The position numbers and the translations under genes are program-made. From an uncultured Methanoregulaceae archaeon (GTDB lineage: Archaea > Halobacteriota > Methanomicrobia > Methanomicrobiales > Methanospirillaceae), in assembly GCA_963737635.1 (NCBI GenBank), contig CAVTTL010000001.1, forward strand, positions 768,001 through 832,000: a stretch of DNA of 64,000 nucleotides. The letters run 5' to 3'. The notes beneath the pieces were generated by a model. It did not search any database. It saw only the letters and a list, made by a program, of their open reading frames with translations, and was not told the origin of the DNA. This document shows positions 44,027-53,984 of the stretch, piece by piece. Position 1 is the first letter of the stretch. Each line of letters opens with the position of its first letter.

Positions 44027-45127
44027 TTGATGTCATATCCGAAGATAGGCATAATTTCCTGTATTATCGTGCTTATCGGATCTTTAGGAATAATTCTGCA
44101 GTCATTCGTTCCCAATCTCGAATTCGTGTTCAGTTCCTTATTTTATCTTGGAATCTTCGGGGTAACAATCACCTTTTATTCCTATGCACTTCACTTGTAT
44201 CAGTTTAATTCCCGAATCATCTCGAACCTGACACTCAGTTCCGTTATTGTTCTGTACCTGATGAGTTTCAACGTTGTCAGCTATTCAGCCGTTGTGCAGC
44301 TGATATTATCTGGTATTCTGGGTTGGTTTATATTCGCATTATATTTAATGCTGATATTTGCAGGATCGTGGACTCTTCTTTACGTCGGCGAATCACTAAG
44401 GATCGCGATTTTTTCTGATAAGGACAATCCGACATTGAAGAAAAAATTGCCGGGTGTTTCCGGCGCATTCGCAATGATGTTTATTGTCATTGCATTTTTA
44501 TCCGTTAACTTCCTAATCGCTTCAGGTGCATTTTCATACTCTGACTTGAACTGGAATAACTTTGCACAGGCAAATAACGATTCCGGGCAATCAAACCTGA
44601 ATAATCCGAATAATCCTCCGCTCGTTAATCTACTCCAAGATTATTTTACAACACAAATCAATCCGACAGTAGCTCAGGAAGAGGACCGTAAAGAACAACA
44701 ACAATGGGATGCAGGGTCGTCACTTCTGAACATCGGATATTCACAATGTTCTGATAATTCAACTCTCGTGACAGAAATGCCATCGTTAAATTCTGATAAA
44801 GATAGAATGGCAATATGTGATGGAATCAGTGAGGGTGTATCCAATATACAAGAATCCAGCATTTATTTGTCTAACATTTCAGGCGCAAGTCCTTTTGCTA
44901 TCTCAAAGAAATACAGCCAAGGTTTGCTGATACCTCAAATTCAACAGTTATCTGAGAGTTGTGAAGTTTCAGTGACCCTCTGCCGACAGGCCGATCATGC
45001 AGTTCAGAATTATGATAATAACCAGTTTACTAATAATCTTGAACAGATCCATAGCAATCTGATGCAAATAACGGTAGATTACAATGAGGTGACAGTGTTG
45101 ATCAATACAAATTCAAGTCAACAATGA
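44027..45127 (+). CDS. Multi-TM membrane protein with extracellular helical domain (AT-rich)
   Basis: About five TM segments, then a domain homologous to 41718-42401. Confidence 0.7.
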   Translation: MMSYPKIGIISCIIVLIGSLGIILQSFVPNLEFVFSSLFYLGIFGVTITFYSYALHLYQFNSRIISNLTLSSVIVLYLMSFNVVSYSAVVQLILSGILGWFIFALYLMLIFAGSWTLLYVGESLRIAIFSDKDNPTLKKKLPGVSGAFAMMFIVIAFLSVNFLIASGAFSYSDLNWNNFAQANNDSGQSNLNNPNNPPLVNLLQDYFTTQINPTVAQEEDRKEQQQWDAGSSLLNIGYSQCSDNSTLVTEMPSLNSDKDRMAICDGISEGVSNIQESSIYLSNISGASPFAISKKYSQGLLIPQIQQLSESCEVSVTLCRQADHAVQNYDNNQFTNNLEQIHSNLMQITVDYNEVTVLINTNSSQQ

Positions 45128-45540
45128 AACACTTGCGTGCATAGAGCTAAATCAAAAAATCAAAAAAAATCGTATTCATGGATTTGAACGGAAAACGCCG
45201 ATCACAGGCTGAAACTTACTATTCTTTGAAAAAGGGAATCGTTCAACAGAATAATCTCTTGAGGTGAGATGTAGACATGGAAAAGGGAACTTTCGCCAGA
45301 CATTTGCTGCTCGCAGAGGTCTCATGAGGCCCCTATACCATATAGGGATCACTATATTGAAAAACCTTAAATATATATCCAAAACGCTAGAAATATATAG
45401 TCTAACGTTGATATTCTGATTGGTGAATTGACATCTGTGGGGGATGAATGAACTTCACCAGCAAGAACTCCGTGGCAAATCCCTTAATCTCTACAAATTT
45501 TTCAAAAATCCCATCCACGAACACCAAAGGTGAAACAGCA

Positions 45541-46672
45541 ATGTACGCAAACATGAAACACATGAACAATGATATGGCAGTCTCACCGATTGTCGCGACG
45601 CTCGTCCTTATCGTCGTCGCTGTCATCGGTGCTGTCGCAGTCGGTACCATTATGGGTACCTTCTCATCCGATGTATCGAAACAGGCATCCGCCTCACAGG
45701 CGTCGTCTGCATCACAGACCGAGATCCTCATCGCCGGTTCGACCACGCTCCTCCCGGCTGCAGCTCAACCTCCAGACCGACTACCAGAAGGCCAACCCCG
45801 GCTACCAGCTCAATGTCCAGGGTGGCGGCTCAGGCGCCGGTGTAGCCTCAGTAGCAGAGGGAATTGCTGATATCGGTGCAGCATCCTCGGCAAGCACAAT
45901 CACAACCGCGCAGACGGCAAACCCGAACGACCCGAACTACCAGAACCTCTACTACACTATGATCGGTGGCCGTGGCGTCGTATTCATCCAAGATGCTAGC
46001 AACAAGGCAGATCCGACCAATATGGTTGCTCCAGCCGACTTGTCAGCAGCATACCTTGACGCCAGCACCAACAGTGGCAAGACCACTGTAGCAGATGGCA
46101 ATATCACCTTCATCGGCACAACCATGGAACAGCGTGAAGCCGGTTCCGGAACCATGTCCACCGCATTCGGCTGGATTGGTGGCAACGCAAAGGGCAACAC
46201 CTCCACCGGTTTCAACAACCTCCAGACTCAGAATGGAAACGCAGCAATGCTCGCAGCAGTTCAGGCAGGAACAGCAACTGCACCACAGTTCGGCTTTGTT
46301 GACGCAGGATATGCGTTCACCGGCGGCGTAACCAGCAACACCACCGCATCAGGTATCACGGTTGTCGGTGTCGAAGACAGCACTGGCGTATACGTCCCGA
46401 CCCACGCCAACATCAAGGCAGCACTCAAGGACTGGGTTAAGGGCAGCGCTCAGGGAACAAACTACCCGCAGAAGCTTACCGGCGGTCTCTACTGGATCAC
46501 CAAAGCAACTGCACCTACCGCTTCATCCAACGGTATTATCACAACCCCGGGCACCAGCTCAGCAAGCTCAGTTGTCGGCAACCTGCTCAACTTCGCCAAG
46601 TCCCCTACTGAGGCAACCGCGTTCAACAACGCCGGTATGTACTCACTCTATGACTTCGCACCGACCAGCTGA
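45541..46672 (+). CDS. pstS: Type IV pilin N-terminus fused to a PstS-type phosphate-binding domain (+1 frameshift at ~45756)
   Basis: NDMA/VSPIVATLVLIVVAVIGAVAVG then IAGSTT. Removing one G joins it to QGGGSGAG, DIGAAS and REAGSGT, giving ~376 aa. Confidence 0.85.
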
Positions 46673-46688
46673 AGTATACAACTTCTAA

Positions 46689-46703
46689 TTTCTTCTTTTT
46701 TTT
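46689..46703 (+). terminator. Archaeal oligo-T terminator/attenuator between pstS and pstC
   Basis: TTTCTTCTTTTTTTT directly after the pstS stop. Confidence 0.5.
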
Positions 46704-46706
46704 ACA

Positions 46707-47627
46707 ATGAACGAAAAACCCGATCTTCACGAAGTACTCTTTCTCTCCTGTTCCATGGTGACGGTCTTAAGTGTCATCGTGATCATCGGGTATATCCTGT
46801 TCGCCGCTGCCCCGGTTCTGGGACGTGAGGGGCTCGGTTTTGTCTTCGGATCGACGTGGGACTACACATCTCATCAGTTCGGCATTTGGCCATTTATCGT
46901 CGCAACCATGATGGTAACTATCGGCACCATTGTACTCGCTGTCCCACTGGGCCTTGCAACCGCGCTTTTCCTCTCGGAGTGGGCACCGCCATGGCTTGAC
47001 CAGGTGCTCAGCACCCTTATCGAACTGCTGGTGGGGATACCTTCGGTCGTGTACGGTATCTTCGGCTTTTTTGTCCTGCGGAGTTATTTCAGTGATTTCA
47101 TCAATCCGTTCATAGGAAATACACTCGGTTTTATTCCCTTATTCAAGTATGATAATAATAACGGGATTGGCTTCCCGCTGGCAGCTACAGTCCTCGCCGT
47201 CATGATCCTCCCAACCATCGTCGCTCTTTCCCGGGAAGCGATGCGGGGGGTACCCGACTGACTGCGGGAAGGTTCGACTGCACTTGGGGCAACACAGTGG
47301 GAGACCATCCGGCATCTTGTTCTCCCGGCATCCCTTTCCGGGATTATCACCGGCCTGATCCTGGGAATCATGCGCGCGATGGGGGAGACAATGGCAGTCG
47401 TGATGCTTGTAGGCAATATGGGCGCCACCCCAACATCTTTTTTCAATCTGGGTGAACCGATGACTGCCAAAATTCTCCTGGATATCGGGTATTACGTGGT
47501 CGATCCCGAAGGCCGGAGCGCGCTCTTTGCCATCGGTGCAGTCCTTATGGTCATGGAGATAGGGTTCGTGATCGCTATCCATCTCATTAGTGATCGGCTG
47601 AAAAAACAAATTGAAGGAACCACATGA
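46707..47627 (+). CDS. pstC: Phosphate ABC permease PstC with an in-frame TGA at 47259-47261
   Basis: ELLVGIPSVVYG, VMILPTI, VPD*LREGSTALGATQWE, RAMGETMAV all in one frame. Confidence 0.9.
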
Positions 47628-50347
47628 ATTTCCGTGCACTCAAAGGGACGATCATGATGGCGGTTTGCGGAGCGGCTGCGCTCTTTGCTGCAGGCATGCT
47701 CCTTTATATTCTCGTGGTGATCTTCCTCAAAGGGGTGGCATCCCTGAAGCCGCATTTTATTCTTTTTTCTGAGATCAACACCGGGATGGGGCTCGGAACT
47801 GGGATCGGGAACGCTATTGCAGGTACTATCCTTCTCGCAGTTACATCCACTATCATTGCAATTCCTTTCGGGGTTGGAACGGCGATCTATCTCCAGAAAT
47901 ACGCGTCCGACAACCAATTTACACGATTTTTGCGTCTGATGATCGAGGTTCTTTCAGGGACTCCATCGATCGTACTGGGGATATTCGGCGTCGCCATCCT
48001 TGTCATCTATCTCAAGCCCATTACCGGGGGAGAGTCACTTATGGCAGGAGCCATTGCACTTGGCATCCTGATCATCCCGGTGATCGAGCGTGCGACAGAA
48101 GACGCGATCACGCGCGTGCCCTGCGAACTGGAAGAAGGCAGCTATGCGCTCGGAGCAACAAAATGGCTAACGATCCGGGATATCGTCATTCCCTATGCTT
48201 TGTCAGGTATCATTGTCGGCGCCATCCTGGGATTTGGGAGGGCAGCAGAAGAGTCTGCGGTCGTTCTCTTGACCGCAGGGTATTCCCAGTACATGCCGCA
48301 ATTCAGGATCGCGCTCAACCCGAACTTCCTTCTCGGGATAAAGATTTATCCGCTCAATGATCTCGTCGGATCATTACCGGTATTTCTGTACACTTCCTAC
48401 GAAAATTCCAATGTCTTTCCCATATCTTCTATCTTCGCCGCCGGGTTTGTCCTTATCGTTATCGTACTGTTCATTAACCTCTCAGCAAAAGCCATCCTTT
48501 TCTATGCCACAGCAAAGACACAGGGGCACCAGAGCGGCATTTTATCACTGTGCGCATCTTTTTCCAGCCGGCTGCGTCGAAAGGATTCAATCGGAATAGA
48601 ACGATGTACTGATCCAGGAATAAAAGGGGAGGAACCGGTGTATGAATCCAAGCCTTTCGATCAACCGGAGCCACCAGCTATGACACAGTCCATGGTCTTC
48701 AGTAATGCTCCAATTGAACCCGTACAGGAAGGTCCCCAAGAACCATCTGCTGCGAAACAGTCTCCGGCCTTCAATCACTCTACAGCAGAACTCCTCCCGG
48801 TAGTCCCCCCCGAACGGAAGCTCCCTTCTCTAAAGAAAATCATCACGTCCATGACAGCGGGCATCAGGAAATGGTTCCAGAGCCTCAGGCAAAAGCCACC
48901 TGCACCAACTCGGCAAACCGATCCAGCCGTAAGTCCCGATAAGAAACCACAGGCCCGGTTTTCTCTCCGGGATTTCGGCCGGACATTTCTCCTGACGATT
49001 GCACCATTTGCCCTGATTTCAGGTACTGCTGCTTATTCTCACACTAGCACTGCCGACACTGAATCCCGTCGGATCAAATGGACTATCGGCTTTTGTCAAA
49101 GCTTTCATTTTTACCATCGTGTTGTGCGCCATCTGCGCGGTCATTTCCTTGTTTCTCATCCGGGGTACCGCCATGTTTCTCCTCAGGCGGAAAAAGAACC
49201 CTCTGCTGGGGAACCGGCCCGGTGTGTTTGTGGCCATCGCTCTTGGCATCTGCATACTACTCATCGGTGCCTTTATTTTTTCTGCCCATCTCTTCGTCCC
49301 TCCTGTATCTACAAATCCGGGGGGGCAAGTCAGCAGTATATCCGAGATCTCTGGTACGGTAAACACCCCGTTCTTCTCATTTAACCTTCAGTCAGGAGAT
49401 CTTCTCCAGCTGGAACAGATGAACAACCCGCTCTTCTCTTTTGGCCTGCAGGAAGGCAGTCTCCAGTTAAAGGTAATGAACCAGACTGTAAACACTATGA
49501 ACCTGAGCACGCCCGGGTACTGGCAGTACCCCAGCTGAGCAGCCCGGCTAGTACCTCCAGTCGTGACGCCCAGCTCGCAGCGCTCCTAGCGTCACAGAAT
49601 GGGGGGGGTGAAGGCAGCTCGCCGACACCTATGCCAACTACTGCCAGTGCGACTGTAACCCCGACACTGGCACCGGCAGCAACTCCCCCCACAAACCCGG
49701 CCGTCCCGGTTAAAAATGCGCTCGATATGGGCGAATCCTACTGGTATGGCGATAACAGCCGTCCGTGTCTCGCCACAGTCTATAACACAACAACCCTCCC
49801 GTTTTATTTCTATTGGGACATGGACTGGAACCGGTTTGTCCAAGTAGCACCTGTACAAACCGGAGATGTGTTCCTCGTTGTCTTCATCCGCATTGAGGAC
49901 ACAGGGACTATGAGAGCCATTGTCCCATCGGCAGACTCGTTCATCGTTAGCTATAACGGTCAGAACTACACTCATAACGTCTACTTCGACACATCCGTTC
50001 TCGATCAGAACGAGATCGATTATTACACGGCGAATTTCAATCTCCTGCCGTACCAGTGGATCCGGGAGATCGGGCAACAGAAGCGGGACTATGCATTCCT
50101 GACCGGCTATAACGTCTTTGGGCAGAACACTACCGTAATCTCCAATGTTAGCGCCGGTACGACCATCCCCCCGACGGGACCCGATACCAACGGTCAGGGC
50201 TATTTCATCACGCCCGGTCGTAGCAACGCCATAGACGGCTACCTGATCTACGAAGTCCCCGCCAGTGCTGCAACGGATCTCAAGGACACGTATGTCCAAG
50301 TCTCTTTCAACAGTTTCAGCCCGACCGCGTGGCGCCTGGGAAAATGA
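47624..50347 (+). CDS. pstA: PstA permease with long C-terminal extension (Pro-rich linker, ~3 TM, extracellular beta domain); frameshifts near ~49020 and ~49515
   Basis: PSIVLG, EEGSYALGATKW, GRAAEESA. The hydrophobic frame continues through 49119-49538 and then 49631-50347, with no intergenic gap. Confidence 0.78.
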
Positions 50348-50564
50348 CTGAAAGAGGCGAAGAACGGGAGCGGTCACATAGAACTCTATATTCTCAATTC
50401 AAAAAATATATTTTAACGGGCTACGTAATGATTTGGTGATTACCGGGTTTTTCAAAAGAACCTCATTATACAAACGGAGTTACCGCATGGCATACGAGGG
50501 ACGGCATAGTGCGCAGGAAACGGGTAGAGTGCCGTGTGCGACGGTCAGCTTTTGAGGATCCATC

Positions 50565-52586
50565 ATGAAAATGAGAATCCCCCGCGTCAGGAAGCAGATT
50601 CGTATCCCACTTGTCATAGGAGCGATCCTCATCCTGCTCGCACTCGGGATGTATTTTCACATTCTGCCAAGTATCGGTAGTCTGGCGCATCTTTTCGAAC
50701 CCAAAATTGCCGTAAATCCGGTCCGATCGCTGTCGGATGAAGATGCCTCACTCAGCCCAGCTCTTGCGAAACCCCTTATCGCTGACATTCTCGCCTCACC
50801 CACATACCAGTCCAATCCGCTTTCCGTACAATTCTTCGATATGAGCCAAGGCAACCCGGATACCTGGCAGTGGGATTTCGGGGATAATACAAGCTCGACC
50901 CTCCAAAACCCGGTTCATACGTACACCAGCGCCGGGATCTATAATGCCACGCTGACCATTTCCCGGGCAGATGGCGCCCAGAGGACGATAAGCGCAAACG
51001 ATGTACTGGATACCCGGCAGGGCGCCGAAATTCCCGTGCTGATCGATACCCTCCGGGACGGAATCATAAAGAAAGGTTCATTTTTATCCCTTGTATCAAC
51101 AGACAATAACTCATCTGTTACCGTGAATGGTAAACAAACTCCGCTGCCTGCAGGATCGCTTGTAAAGATCCGGGCCGACTCGGACACCACCGGGACCCTG
51201 ACCCTTCGCAACAGCAACATCCTGAGCTGCAGTCTTGCTGATGCCACGCTTTTTGTGAACGGAGCCCAGGCAGCTACTGGCAGTTTCGGGAATTGTTTCA
51301 TTCCATCAATCCAGAGTTACCATACAAACCTGAGCTTCGCAATCGAACCAACAATCGGGGAAGTCCGCCAGATCCTTGTCAACGGCAGCAAAATCCTTGC
51401 CGGGCCGGACAACTCGTACATCGTCGTCTCTGATGATTCACAAAATCCCAGAGACGACCTGACCGCTGTTGCGCTTCCCGGATATTATGAAGGAAGTGCA
51501 TCCCGGTACTCCATTTCACCTGCCTTGATTGCCGGTTTCGACGCCACAACCCCCACCGAAGGTGATGCCCCGCTTAACGTATCATTTATAGACCGCTCAG
51601 CCGGCGCTCCGGATTCATGGTCATGGGATTTCGGTGACGGAATCACTTCCCAGAAACAGAATCCTGTTCACCTCTATGGATCCCCAGGCACCTATGATGT
51701 CACCCTGACTGTGAAAACCGCGGACCAGGTTGACACGGCCACCCTCCAGGACCCGATCATCGTCACACCGCCCCGGGTCGTTGCTAACTTTTCAGCACGA
51801 CCAATCACAGGTAGAGCGCCTCTGACCGTCAGGTTTACCGATCAATCCACCGGATTCCCGACATCATGGAACTGGACCTTCCAGGAAACGTCAAACAACC
51901 AGTCCTTCATGAACAATGGCACCACCGTTTATGACACTACAACTGACCAGAATCCTCTAGAAACCTTCACTGATCCTGGCATCTATGATGTCTGGCTTAC
52001 GGTCAACAACATCTATGGCAGCAGCGATTTGATCAAGCCCGGGTACATCGTCGTCACCGAGCCTTACAACATTACCATCAACGATATTCTGATCAGGACC
52101 GGAAAACCCGGGGATCTCGAAGCGAATTCAAGCGTACAATTTATCGTCAGTAATACACCTGCAGCCATAACGATCAATGGCACGTACTATCAGCTGCCCA
52201 AAGGCGCAATCGTCCAGATCGTGGCAAACAGCGACCAGCAGGGCGACATTACTATCGACAGCAACAGGATCCTCAAATTTGATTTCCCGGATATGAATGT
52301 CTACGTGAACGGCGATCTGCTGGATACCGGCAGTATCGATAGCATCTATGTTCCCTATATGGCGCAGTTCCAGACTGGCCTTACTTATTACTTCTCGCCA
52401 AATTCCGCCCAGACATTCGAGACCATTAATGGTCAGCAGTACCTCGCTGATCTGGACAATGCCTGGATCAGGATCTACAACCTCGGCATCAACGAACAGG
52501 GCACGCTCTCCCTGATCTCGGGGGTAAACTCAACCTACCTCGAAGGAGCAGACAACCAGACGGTCCAGGACTGGATCCTCCAGTGA
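50565..52586 (+). CDS. Membrane-anchored protein with three PKD domains and two copies of an unknown beta domain
   Basis: WQWDFGD, WSWDFGDG, WNWTF and NP.H.Y...G.Y motifs; N-terminal TM. Confidence 0.88.
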   Translation: MKMRIPRVRKQIRIPLVIGAILILLALGMYFHILPSIGSLAHLFEPKIAVNPVRSLSDEDASLSPALAKPLIADILASPTYQSNPLSVQFFDMSQGNPDTWQWDFGDNTSSTLQNPVHTYTSAGIYNATLTISRADGAQRTISANDVLDTRQGAEIPVLIDTLRDGIIKKGSFLSLVSTDNNSSVTVNGKQTPLPAGSLVKIRADSDTTGTLTLRNSNILSCSLADATLFVNGAQAATGSFGNCFIPSIQSYHTNLSFAIEPTIGEVRQILVNGSKILAGPDNSYIVVSDDSQNPRDDLTAVALPGYYEGSASRYSISPALIAGFDATTPTEGDAPLNVSFIDRSAGAPDSWSWDFGDGITSQKQNPVHLYGSPGTYDVTLTVKTADQVDTATLQDPIIVTPPRVVANFSARPITGRAPLTVRFTDQSTGFPTSWNWTFQETSNNQSFMNNGTTVYDTTTDQNPLETFTDPGIYDVWLTVNNIYGSSDLIKPGYIVVTEPYNITINDILIRTGKPGDLEANSSVQFIVSNTPAAITINGTYYQLPKGAIVQIVANSDQQGDITIDSNRILKFDFPDMNVYVNGDLLDTGSIDSIYVPYMAQFQTGLTYYFSPNSAQTFETINGQQYLADLDNAWIRIYNLGINEQGTLSLISGVNSTYLEGADNQTVQDWILQ

Positions 52587-52755
52587 TGGAATATTTCCCT
52601 ATTATGTAAAAAGGTTGTAAAAGCATAAATTGAAACGACAGGCCTCGTTGAGAGCCGTACGTGACTGCCGGACCTTCCTGAAATAGCAAAACCAAATGTA
52701 TTGCAGAGAACCCTGATTACATCATCATCGGAAACCGGCTTATGATGTGGCAACC
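52535..52755 (-). pseudogene. hicA: HicA toxin, truncated/degenerate
   Basis: PVS...VIRVLCNTFGFAISGRSGSHVRL; lacks the downstream VP.H and GTL..I region. Confidence 0.65.
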
Positions 52756-52951
52756 GATGACACCTCAAAGGTGGTCAGGATTGCATGTTTCTTTTTTGTC
52801 TGGGGAACTCTTCCAGGTACAGCTCGGTCGCTTCTTGGAGGTTATTGACCGCTTCTTCCACGGTTTTTCCCTGACTGGCCGGACCTACCTCGGGGCATTC
52901 TGCCACATAGATATCATCTTCTTTGTGGAGTACGGCAGTAAAAACCGACAT
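52740..52951 (-). CDS. hicB: HicB family antitoxin (short type), frameshift in A-run near 52795; absent from the ORF track
   Basis: MSVFTAVLHKEDDIYVAECPEVGPASQGKTVEEAVNNLQEATELYLEEF, then ILTTFEV in the shifted frame. Confidence 0.8.
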
Positions 52952-53209
52952 AATTTCACGCCTGTTTCATTGGGTTGTCTTATCCTAAAATCTTTATTGA
53001 GGTAGGAACACTTCAGGAAACCTCCACCAGTGCTGTTGCGTTAACGGGACTTAACGAAAATGATATCGCCGTAATCCATCAATGTTGACTATTTAAAAGT
53101 CCCGACAACGCAACAGAGATGCTAAACATGCTTTTTATACTCTGATGGCTATCCGGCAGACACATTTTCGATCCGGGTTAGTGCTGCATCCAACTGATTT
53201 TTCAGAGCG

Positions 53210-53845
53210 TCACTGTCGCTGTTGCAGGAGGCTCGCCGTTGCCGTGATATTGGAAAGCGCTGCATCGCCGTCATCAAGAGATGACAATGCCTGGGTCTTT
53301 GCGTCCATTGCTGCCGCACGCAGGGAGTCGTCCCGGTAATCGGGATCGGGCTCGGATAGATACTCGCTCAGATCCCGGTTATAATCCACGAAGTGCTGCT
53401 GGGCGTTCCCCATATCTATGGAATAGATTTTCATTTCCTGGGTGAGCAGGCCGATGAGCCCCGGGGTCTCCTGATCCGTCCCGAATGAAAGGGCCGAAGT
53501 ACCCGACGAAAACGAATCCGTCGCGGATCCCAGTGCCGTACCGGCGCTGCCCCACTGGCTGATGGCCTGCCCATCGGCAGCCACATCCCCCTGTAGCGTC
53601 CCGGCATCGGAAGAAGCCCCGGCGGTATCGATATTATAGGCAGAAAGGGTGTTCCCTATCTGGGTAAGTGAAGTGCGTACCTGGCTTGCATAGGTACCCT
53701 GCTGATCGGCCCATGCATTATAATCCTGAATGACGACCGTCGTATTGTGGGTATCACCCATCCGTGGGGTGGTGCAACCGGCAACAAGAAGGAAACACCC
53801 AGCCATAAAGAGGAGAATGAAAAATACCGCGGATCGTTCCATCAT
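53210..53845 (-). CDS. Helical lipoprotein, hypothetical
   Basis: LVAGC lipobox; amphipathic helices. Confidence 0.7.
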   Translation of the reverse strand: MMERSAVFFILLFMAGCFLLVAGCTTPRMGDTHNTTVVIQDYNAWADQQGTYASQVRTSLTQIGNTLSAYNIDTAGASSDAGTLQGDVAADGQAISQWGSAGTALGSATDSFSSGTSALSFGTDQETPGLIGLLTQEMKIYSIDMGNAQQHFVDYNRDLSEYLSEPDPDYRDDSLRAAAMDAKTQALSSLDDGDAALSNITATASLLQQRQ

Positions 53846-53984
53846 TACTAACTATAGGGACGGTTTTTTCTTCAATCTTTCGTCTGCTTTTGGGGCACTG
53901 TCCCGGGATCTTTTAGGGATTGCCCCATAAATACCGGACGTCAATAGTAGAATGATTTAAGACTATAGTGAATGTAATAAAAAT

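Noticed and set aside
45750-45760. Programmed frameshift giving short pilin versus pilin-PstS
   Set aside because: No slippery heptamer, the shift falls inside the PstS domain, and many similar indels occur window-wide.
47259-47261. Selenocysteine or pyrrolysine recoding in pstC
   Set aside because: The codon is TGA (not TAG), at a non-catalytic non-Cys position, with no recognisable SECIS and a lineage not known for Sec.
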